The notes beneath the pieces are model-generated. The model ran no database searches. It saw only the letters and a program-made list of their open reading frames with translations, and was not told the origin of the DNA. DNA of 64,000 nucleotides, from the NCBI GenBank assembly GCA_003153355.1, contig PLYH01000003.1, forward strand, positions 38,325 to 102,324, given 5' to 3'. Made by a program: the position numbers and the translations under genes. Below, piece by piece: positions 54,241 to 61,576 of the stretch. Position 1 is the stretch's first letter; every line of letters starts with the position of its first letter. Source of the DNA: Candidatus Peregrinibacteria bacterium (GTDB taxonomy: Bacteria; Patescibacteriota; Gracilibacteria; UBA1369).

Positions 54241-54622
54241 GGTCTTCGTGCTCCTTCTTGGTTCGGTCGTTTGGTGAAATCTGAGTTGATGAATATTGGA
54301 ATGGTCGAAACCACACCCGGACGGAGACACGACAGTGACGGTCGCCTCCCTGTCCGGATGTGGTTTTGATTTTCGAATTTTCAAGGAACAAATTGAACGC
54401 GTTCAATAACCTCTTGGCTTCGAGAGGTTAGATTTTGCATCTGCAATTATTTCTAGAACCTCTTGGGCGGTATGCGGAGTGTAATGACGCAAAGCACATC
54501 AAAACAGATGACCTGGCTGTTCCAAATCATCATTTGAGAGGTGAATTTGTTGAGAGTTTGCGACATTGCAGAACGATAAGAGATTGTTTTGAAAAAATTT
54601 ATGTGGTTGAAGGATAACTGAA

Positions 54623-54675
54623 GCGGGCGGCGATTCGAGACAACTCTGTGAAGAGTGTCCGAATCGCGCGCCCGC
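54623..54675. other. long imperfect GC-rich hairpin between the islet ORFs
   Basis: GCGGGCG-GCGATTCG…CGAATCGC-GCGCCCGC. Confidence 0.7.
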
Positions 54676-54783
54676 AAGTCCATAACAGGATGGGGTACGA
54701 CTGCGCAGCTTTATAGCGGCGACCGACGAGACACGCGGTGGTCCTGTGGAGTTCCTAAGAAATCTATGTATCCGCTGAAGCAT

Positions 54784-55182
54784 TCAGTCTTCTTCGGCAG
54801 CTTCGGTCTTGTTGAGCGCATCATTGCGGATCTTACGAACGATCGGAAGGTGATTTGCCTTCTTCTTTTCGGCGATCCTGAGGATGAGCTGCTTGAGTGC
54901 CTCCATGCGCTCCGTGCGCATGCTGATCTGGGAGCCCGAGCCTCCCTCGTACTCGTGGAGGAGACGGACGGTCGCAAACAGGCGATCGTCGAGCTCATCA
55001 TCGGTCCAATCCGCGTCATCGATGATCGTGTAGTACTGTCCCTTCATCTGCGCAGCCTTCGTTTTGATAGACTGACGCATCCTTCGCACGTATTCGGACG
55101 AGAGCTTGATGCCCAGGTCTTCAGCGGCTTCGACTTCAGCCGGAACGAAGAGTGTGTCTACTGATGATGCACGCTTTCCCAT
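54784..55182 (-). CDS. orphan protein, 132 aa
   Basis: AAAGGAAG before the ATG; helical charged composition. Confidence 0.65.
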   Translation of the reverse strand: MGKRASSVDTLFVPAEVEAAEDLGIKLSSEYVRRMRQSIKTKAAQMKGQYYTIIDDADWTDDELDDRLFATVRLLHEYEGGSGSQISMRTERMEALKQLILRIAEKKKANHLPIVRKIRNDALNKTEAAEED

Positions 55183-55504
55183 CGCACTTCCTTTTCTGCT
55201 CTTGAGAGCGGTCAGCTGGGTTTCTTAGGTGTCAACCACACCCCTGATTTGTTCGCACCAACGTGATGCGAACAGGAAAAGGGTGTAATAAACGTTGAAT
55301 TGTGAAGGATCGGGTGTGCAATACTGAAAGAAGCCCCTTGCATGTGCGGAGAGGCTTCTTGGTAAGTTTCAATATTTTCTGAAAACGTTACGCTGACCTC
55401 TCGACACAAAACTTCGGGTTAAGCACACAGAGCTTAATCCAAGAGCATGTCATGACAAGGTTGTGGCGAGAAATTGTTTTCATAAATTGGAGATATTTGG
55501 CGTC

Positions 55505-55533
55505 AGTTTAGAAAATTTTCTTTCCACTGTCAA
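55505..55533 (-). promoter_or_regulatory. promoter driving the islet
   Basis: TTGACA-17 nt-TAAACT, implying a leader of about 315 nt. Confidence 0.65.
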
Positions 55534-55542
55534 TATCCAGGA

Positions 55543-57705
55543 TTATTCGTCATCGGATTCTTCGGCATCCAGATCGGGAAGAGATACCGGCGGAATGGTG
55601 CTTTCTTTCTTTGCAAACTTTTCAAAATTCAGAATTACGTTTTCGGCCTGAAGCGCCATTTTATTGATTGAAGAAGGAGCTATTCCTCCATGCGCTGACG
55701 ATTCTCCAATTGACTGCTGGGCTCTTTTTCTCCATCCTTCGTATTTTCTTGGAGCCTTGCCGCGGGCTTTGCGTTCATCCATTTTGATCCTGAGATTGTT
55801 GATGTGTTTTGCTTCATAGGTTTTGTATTTTTCGATGACATCCTTAATTTTCTGCCATTGATGATTGTCCTGCTGGAGTTCAGAGATCGTTCTTCCATTC
55901 AATAAAACCCCTTCGTTGTCGCAGCGGGTTAAAACCCTGAATAAGATTCTTGCCAGTTTTTCATCGACCGGATATTCAATGGTTTCTTTACTCACTTTAT
56001 TTTCATCGAGGAATTCATAATCGTTGAGAAGAGCATCGCAAATGTCAGTTATGAATTCCGTGAACGTCACGTTCATGCCGGCTACATGCGTTATTTTCCG
56101 GTCTTTTTTCTGTTTATAATCAAGGTGATCCTTTAATTTTTCTTCACTGTTCATATATTTCCTGATCTGCACTTCAACCGAAACGGTTCTGACTTTATCC
56201 GTTTCCCATTTGTTTTTTCCGTTGGATTTGCACTGGTAACGATAACGGAACGTAAAATGGAAAGCCTGATGTTTTCCTGTGCTGTTGCCGTTGGTTACAC
56301 CGCTGTCGAATGTATAGCGGAGTCGTCCCTGAGAAATATCGGTACCGAAAATCGCATAAAGAATCCCCAATGTTTTTTTAGTGGCTTTTTCCATTTTTTC
56401 CGGAGATTCCGAATCTTCTTTGGTGAGCATGACTGCAAAACGGATCATGTCGTGAATGGCATTTACGTCAAAATCACGCGTGTTTTCAGCGTCTTTATCC
56501 ATAAATTTACGGGCGATGGCCTCAAGACTTTTTTCTTCCGGAACATCAACGGATTCACAGACCACCGCGTCTTCTTCGTTTTCATCTCCGGCGTTGAGGA
56601 TAGTTTTACCGTCAAAAGTTTTTCTGATGTATAAATCAAGAATTTTCTTGATGTGTTCGCGGATGACGTGCATCTGATCCAGATCAACCTGGCTTTTAAT
56701 GGTTTCGGCAAGATGCATCATGTTAATTTTTGCCATGGCGCTGACGAGCATTTTTAAACGATTTTCATCCGAAGGAACGGTATGGGCCACAACGTTGCAG
56801 AGCCCTTTTCTTTGCGGACTGTCGGAATCTATTTCCCGTTGTTCGCACTCTTCGTCCGTCAAATCGTTCAGATAATTTTTCGCTTTGATGTCGGGGTGCA
56901 AACCTCCGGCGTCTTTGAAAAAAACATCCGTCCATTCGTTGGCCTGTCTTGCGGATTCCGTGATGCTTTTATGCTCTCTGGTCGATTCTTCTTTGCTATA
57001 AGCCGGTGATCTTTCCCTCCAAATTGAAGGCAGATCGAGAAGACGGATATCGTCGACGTCGTGAATCAGCTTTTCCAGATAAATTTTAATCGGTTTTTTG
57101 GCATGCAGAATTGAAATCAACTCATCAAAAAAATCGCCGTTTTCTTCAGTGATTTTTTTTGCGTTGAAATAAGGAAAATCATGCTGCTCAAGATCGTGCT
57201 GCTTTTTCTTGAAAACATTGATGATATCCAGGATTTTGATGTCTTTGATCTTCATAAGTTCTTCCGTTAATTCAGCGGCAATTTCAGGAAGAATCTCAGA
57301 TAAAAAATGAGCATGCTGGTCTTTTTGAACATCACCAGGCAGGCCGATTTGGGCTCTGAGCATTTTATGGATGCAGTCGCAGACATTGCGTTCTTTTCTT
57401 GCGTCTTCTTTAAGTTTTTCTTCCGAGGAACGTTTGGCTTTGTTATAAAAACGCGCCGCAGCTTTATAATTCGGCGTTCTTTGAATTTTTTTAATATCAC
57501 CTTCCTCGCAGGTGCATTGAGTTTTTCTGATTTCCCCCTCAGCATCGTCAGCTAAAATTTTCCCGACCTGCAGTTCATACTGATGGATTTGTTCTTCCAA
57601 TTGCCGAATTCTTGGATCTTCGGCCTTTGTTTCAGGCGCCGTGGTGCCTTCTTTTTCTGAAATCAATTCTGATTCCGGATCTTCTTTGGTGGTTTCTGAT
57701 CCCAT
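55543..57705 (-). CDS. 720-aa protein with a divergent RelA/SpoT-type synthetase (nucleotidyltransferase) domain
   Basis: KSLEAIARK…IHDMIRF…LGILY…HQAFH…VEVQIR…HLDYK in canonical order. Confidence 0.7.
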   Translation of the reverse strand: MGSETTKEDPESELISEKEGTTAPETKAEDPRIRQLEEQIHQYELQVGKILADDAEGEIRKTQCTCEEGDIKKIQRTPNYKAAARFYNKAKRSSEEKLKEDARKERNVCDCIHKMLRAQIGLPGDVQKDQHAHFLSEILPEIAAELTEELMKIKDIKILDIINVFKKKQHDLEQHDFPYFNAKKITEENGDFFDELISILHAKKPIKIYLEKLIHDVDDIRLLDLPSIWRERSPAYSKEESTREHKSITESARQANEWTDVFFKDAGGLHPDIKAKNYLNDLTDEECEQREIDSDSPQRKGLCNVVAHTVPSDENRLKMLVSAMAKINMMHLAETIKSQVDLDQMHVIREHIKKILDLYIRKTFDGKTILNAGDENEEDAVVCESVDVPEEKSLEAIARKFMDKDAENTRDFDVNAIHDMIRFAVMLTKEDSESPEKMEKATKKTLGILYAIFGTDISQGRLRYTFDSGVTNGNSTGKHQAFHFTFRYRYQCKSNGKNKWETDKVRTVSVEVQIRKYMNSEEKLKDHLDYKQKKDRKITHVAGMNVTFTEFITDICDALLNDYEFLDENKVSKETIEYPVDEKLARILFRVLTRCDNEGVLLNGRTISELQQDNHQWQKIKDVIEKYKTYEAKHINNLRIKMDERKARGKAPRKYEGWRKRAQQSIGESSAHGGIAPSSINKMALQAENVILNFEKFAKKESTIPPVSLPDLDAEESDDE

Positions 57706-57730
57706 ATCAAAGATAAAATGACAGGTTATT

Positions 57731-57758
57731 ATTTTAACATTTTATTTATATTTGTCAA
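57731..57758 (-). promoter_or_regulatory. sigma70-type promoter with extended -10
   Basis: TTGACA-16 nt-TAAAAT. Confidence 0.65.
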
Positions 57759-57841
57759 TTGTTAAAGCTGCCTACCTAAAAATGCCGAATTTTGTTTATA
57801 TTCAGCGGTTTTTTGGAAATCAATTCCCGGTCTGTGTTTAA

Positions 57842-57913
57842 CAAGCTGCCACTCAGGTCTTTCAGTTTCTGGGCAGAATCCTGAAGCGAGCTGTCTTTGG
57901 CTATAGCCTCATC
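57842..57913 (-). pseudogene. relic paralogous 3' end of the adjacent SLH gene
   Basis: Translates to DEAIAKDSSLQDSAQKLKDLSGSL, versus the gene's own end DQAVAKDGSLQDLSAKLKTLADSL. Confidence 0.7.
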
Positions 57914-57938
57914 TAAGTATATTAATTGACGGACCAAT

Positions 57939-57974
57939 AAAAAAACGCCCAGACGGAGATAATATTTGGGTGTT
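57939..57974 (-). terminator. probable intrinsic terminator
   Basis: AACACCCAAA…TCTGGGCGTT followed by a T run. Confidence 0.55.
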
Positions 57975-58003
57975 GCTCAGTTCACATTACTTCCCGAATT
58001 TCT

Positions 58004-59002
58004 TTAGAGCGAATCGGCAAGGGTTTTGAGTTTGGCTGAGAGGTCCTGAAGGGAGCCGTCCTTGGCCACGGCCTGATCAGCGTCGGATTTGGCTTCGGCC
58101 GATAAAGCCTTGAGCTGCACCTGGTCGTTTTGCAACTTGGCCGCGGAGGCTTCGTAAAGTTTCTGGAAACCACGTGCGATCAGACTTGCTCCCTGGGTGA
58201 TATTGGAGTTCGGGTCCTGGGTGAGGGCATTGTCGGTGTAAAAAACCGCTTCCTGGGCACGGGAGAGGGCGTCCTGTACGTTGCCCGCCTTGATGCTGAT
58301 CATCGAGTCTACAAGTTTTGCTTCGGCCGTGCTTAAAAGTTCCTGGGTGACTCCACCGTTTTTCAGAATATACATTTTGTAGAGAATTTCAGAACATTCA
58401 CCCCGCGTTAAAGATCTGGCCGGTTCAAGTTTGTCGTCGATAGTCGGAGCGATGATGTCCACCGATTTGGCATAGTTTAAATATGGCACAAACCAGTCGC
58501 CGATGTTTGTTACATCCGCAGCCAGCGGCGTCTGGACGTTTTTATAGTTATTCAGATCAACGACAAAAGCCTGGATGGACATTTTGAGAAATTCGACCTT
58601 GTTCACATTGCGGACCGGGGCAAAGGTGCCGTCGGGATTGCCGACGACGATGTGTAAATTTTGGGCGTTAAAAACATATCCGCTAAACCAGTCGCTTAAT
58701 TTCACGTCGGGGAAACCGGTCTGGTATAAACCGGGATCCACTTTAATTTTTGCGGAAAGCAAAATCATTTTTAAGGCTTCGGCGCGGTTGACCAGCTGGT
58801 CGGGGCGGAAAGTGCCGTCGCCATAGCCCTTGACCACACCCAGATTTTTAAGGCTTTCCACAGCGACATAATAAGGATTGTCCGCGGGGACGTCGGTGAA
58901 CGATGCGGCGAATAATGTGGGCGCGCCAAAGCAGAACATTGTTAAAACCAGGACGAGCTTCGTCACAAAATCCAGGCGGTTGCGCACAGGGTGATTTTTC
59001 AT
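58004..59002 (-). CDS. S-layer homology domain protein
   Basis: Signal peptide, three SLH repeats (FTDV…GYGDGTFRPDQLVNRAE), helical C-terminus. Confidence 0.9.
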   Translation of the reverse strand: MKNHPVRNRLDFVTKLVLVLTMFCFGAPTLFAASFTDVPADNPYYVAVESLKNLGVVKGYGDGTFRPDQLVNRAEALKMILLSAKIKVDPGLYQTGFPDVKLSDWFSGYVFNAQNLHIVVGNPDGTFAPVRNVNKVEFLKMSIQAFVVDLNNYKNVQTPLAADVTNIGDWFVPYLNYAKSVDIIAPTIDDKLEPARSLTRGECSEILYKMYILKNGGVTQELLSTAEAKLVDSMISIKAGNVQDALSRAQEAVFYTDNALTQDPNSNITQGASLIARGFQKLYEASAAKLQNDQVQLKALSAEAKSDADQAVAKDGSLQDLSAKLKTLADSL

Positions 59003-59013
59003 GGTTGCGAATG

Positions 59014-60057
59014 CTATTTTGCCGGTGTGGTTGCAGCAGTTGTAGCCGGCGCGGACAATTGAGTCAAAATCTCGTTGGCGCTGTCCTTAACGTGTTTGGC
59101 GATCGGCTGAATGGCGTTGTTGGCCTGCCACGCTTCCGTGGCTTTGGCTATGGCCTGGTTGGCCCAGGTTGTGGCATCAGCGGTATTTTTTGCCACGGCG
59201 CTGATGTAAGAATTGACAAGGTAGTCATAGGCGCGCGCGACTTTTGCGGCACCCAGCACCACGTTGTTTGTAGGCATGTTTTTTAGCGCCTGCTGCGTAG
59301 TATCGACTGCGAACTGGGATGCGGCTTTTGCGGCCTGTAATTCATTGGAGGCAACATAAATGTCGATCTCGTCGATCTGGGCCTGGGCCTGATCCAGGAG
59401 AAACTGGCTGTCGCTGCCGTTGCGTATGACGGCCAGGATGTAGAGGATCTGGGCAACCTGGCCGCGTGAAAGTTCTTTGTTTGGATAGACATTGTTTTGG
59501 GCGTCCTTGGTGATGAGTCCGGACTGTCCGGCGTAGTTCAGATATGGCGTGAACCAGGCATTTGCCGGAACGTCCGCGAAGACCTGTTTTCCCCCCCAGC
59601 TGTCGGGTTTAAACCCGTTGGCCATCAGCATCATTTTAAGATATTCGGATTCAGCCACGTTACGGTTCGGGGCGAAAGTTCCGTCCGGATTTCCGTTCAC
59701 AATCCCGAGTTCCTTGGCTTTCATGATGTATACGGCGAACCAATCGGTGACATTTACATCCTTGAAACTTGATGTTGCGGCCGTGGCCGGGACCTGGACG
59801 CCGGCGCCCTCCAGGATAACTTTGAGAGCTTCGGCGCGATTGACCAGCTGGTCGGGCTTGAAGGTACCGTCTGCATAACCGCCAACAATGCCATGGGCGG
59901 CCAGATATCTGATTGCCACATAGCTGGGATTGGCCTGAGTGACGTCCGCAAAGCTCGGCACCTGCTGCGTTTGCTGGGTTTCGGCCTGTGTCTGCGCCAT
60001 TGCAAAAGAGGGCATCATAAAAATCACTGCAATCGCAATGATGGATTTCTTGTTCAT
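59014..60057 (-). CDS. S-layer homology domain protein (paralog)
   Basis: Signal peptide, three SLH repeats, same architecture as its neighbour. Confidence 0.9.
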   Translation of the reverse strand: MNKKSIIAIAVIFMMPSFAMAQTQAETQQTQQVPSFADVTQANPSYVAIRYLAAHGIVGGYADGTFKPDQLVNRAEALKVILEGAGVQVPATAATSSFKDVNVTDWFAVYIMKAKELGIVNGNPDGTFAPNRNVAESEYLKMMLMANGFKPDSWGGKQVFADVPANAWFTPYLNYAGQSGLITKDAQNNVYPNKELSRGQVAQILYILAVIRNGSDSQFLLDQAQAQIDEIDIYVASNELQAAKAASQFAVDTTQQALKNMPTNNVVLGAAKVARAYDYLVNSYISAVAKNTADATTWANQAIAKATEAWQANNAIQPIAKHVKDSANEILTQLSAPATTAATTPAK

Positions 60058-60184
60058 AATTTTTATATTATTGATTTATTAATTTGTCATACAATAGCAA
60101 AATTTAGGCAAAAATACAAATACCCGCTCTACCGGAGTGTCCTGAATGACGGGTTAGGATCAAGCTGAAATAATAACCTCTTTT

Positions 60185-61576
60185 TCACAACCACTTGCGG
60201 GATTTTCTTTTTCTGCCGTTTTTCCTGAAAATGATATGAATATCACCCGATAAAATAAGATAGACGACAAAAGCGAAAATCATAGCCATCACCAGTACGA
60301 TAAACTGGAGAAAACCAGTCCAGCCCTGATTGGAACCCGCATTCCCGTTCGAGGATCCCTGCAGACCGTTATTTATTCCGTTAAGCGGATAAATTGCGGC
60401 GGGATGATATAAAATTTTTTGTGTCATTGTGCCCGTGCCGGAAATCGTTTCGCCCGCTGCTGGATTCAGAGTGGTCATTACTCCGGAGGCGGTACCTGTT
60501 ATTGCATTGTTTGGACTTTGACTTGAAGCAACAATAAATTCCCGATGTGTCGTATTCCCCCAGCCGCTGGCATTTCTGAGTCTGATGTGGAAATACCACA
60601 CGCCATCTGCAACGTTGTGGTAGGTGTAAGAGGTAAACAGGCCGTTCGACGTTTCACCTAATTGGGTATCTGGATTGTGATCGGCGTAAATTTTCACCCC
60701 GGTAATGTCCTTGGTAATTTTCCATTGAAAAGTAGGGTTATTGTTTGAGTATGCCGTATTCTGATCGGGATGGGTCGGCGAACTGACAACCGGCCTCTCC
60801 GGTAAAGATTTTGAAGGAGACTGCGTCTGGCCGGCTGCAGAATGAAGAACTCCAGCCTGGGCGGACGTAGTCGCGGGCGCACCATTCGTCGCGGATATTT
60901 GCCCCGATGCCTGTCCTGAAGTTTGCCCCGAAGCCGAAGTCGGAGTCGTGGTCACAGTTTGCTGTGAGGAAGAAGAATTTGGGGCTGTCGCATTAGTTTG
61001 CTGCGTAGAAGAAGTTTGTGAAGTCGTGTTCGTGGTCTCACCCTGCTGTGTGAAAACAACTACCGGAGACGGCAGGCCCTTGTTGAGGGTGTATGTGCCG
61101 CTGCCGGCACCAGTCAGGATATTCGTTCCGTCTTTGTCGTTTGCCAAGATGGCCGCTTCCGTAAACCATACTACCGCAACTCCGACGCTCTTGGGTTTAA
61201 AAGTTACTGTTAATACTTTTCCGCTTGTTCCCTGGAAGGGAGTTCCCGTCATCAATCCTTCAAAAGAAACGACCCCGTCGGTATTGGAAATAGTCGGTGG
61301 CGTAATCCATGTATCGGCCACCGAACCGGCTGTGGAGATGGAAACCGCCTCCAATTTATCCGTTGGAAAATTGATTGAGCCCGAGACACTGTTTGTCGTC
61401 TGATCCGGGCTGGAAATCATTATGTTCACTTGGAATTCCTTATTATACGTGCCGGCATTGGGCGAAAAAAACAGGCTCGCCGATCTGGCGGCAAAAGCGT
61501 TCGAAGCAAACGTAAACATTGCTAACAGCGCGATACCAACCGCGGAAAGCCTGATTTTTAGCGGTGAATTATTCAT
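60185..61576 (-). CDS. cohesin-like domain surface protein with C-terminal membrane anchor
   Basis: Signal peptide, cohesin-like beta-sandwich, S/T/Q linker, SSPTHPDQ…WYFHIR Ig-like domain, TM and basic tail. Confidence 0.75.
   Translation of the reverse strand: MNNSPLKIRLSAVGIALLAMFTFASNAFAARSASLFFSPNAGTYNKEFQVNIMISSPDQTTNSVSGSINFPTDKLEAVSISTAGSVADTWITPPTISNTDGVVSFEGLMTGTPFQGTSGKVLTVTFKPKSVGVAVVWFTEAAILANDKDGTNILTGAGSGTYTLNKGLPSPVVVFTQQGETTNTTSQTSSTQQTNATAPNSSSSQQTVTTTPTSASGQTSGQASGQISATNGAPATTSAQAGVLHSAAGQTQSPSKSLPERPVVSSPTHPDQNTAYSNNNPTFQWKITKDITGVKIYADHNPDTQLGETSNGLFTSYTYHNVADGVWYFHIRLRNASGWGNTTHREFIVASSQSPNNAITGTASGVMTTLNPAAGETISGTGTMTQKILYHPAAIYPLNGINNGLQGSSNGNAGSNQGWTGFLQFIVLVMAMIFAFVVYLILSGDIHIIFRKNGRKRKSRKWL

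Noticed and set aside
53851..55164. Plus-strand ORFs 53851-54369 and 54655-55164
   Set aside because: They are antisense to the better supported minus-strand ORFs, which have SD-like sites and an upstream promoter.
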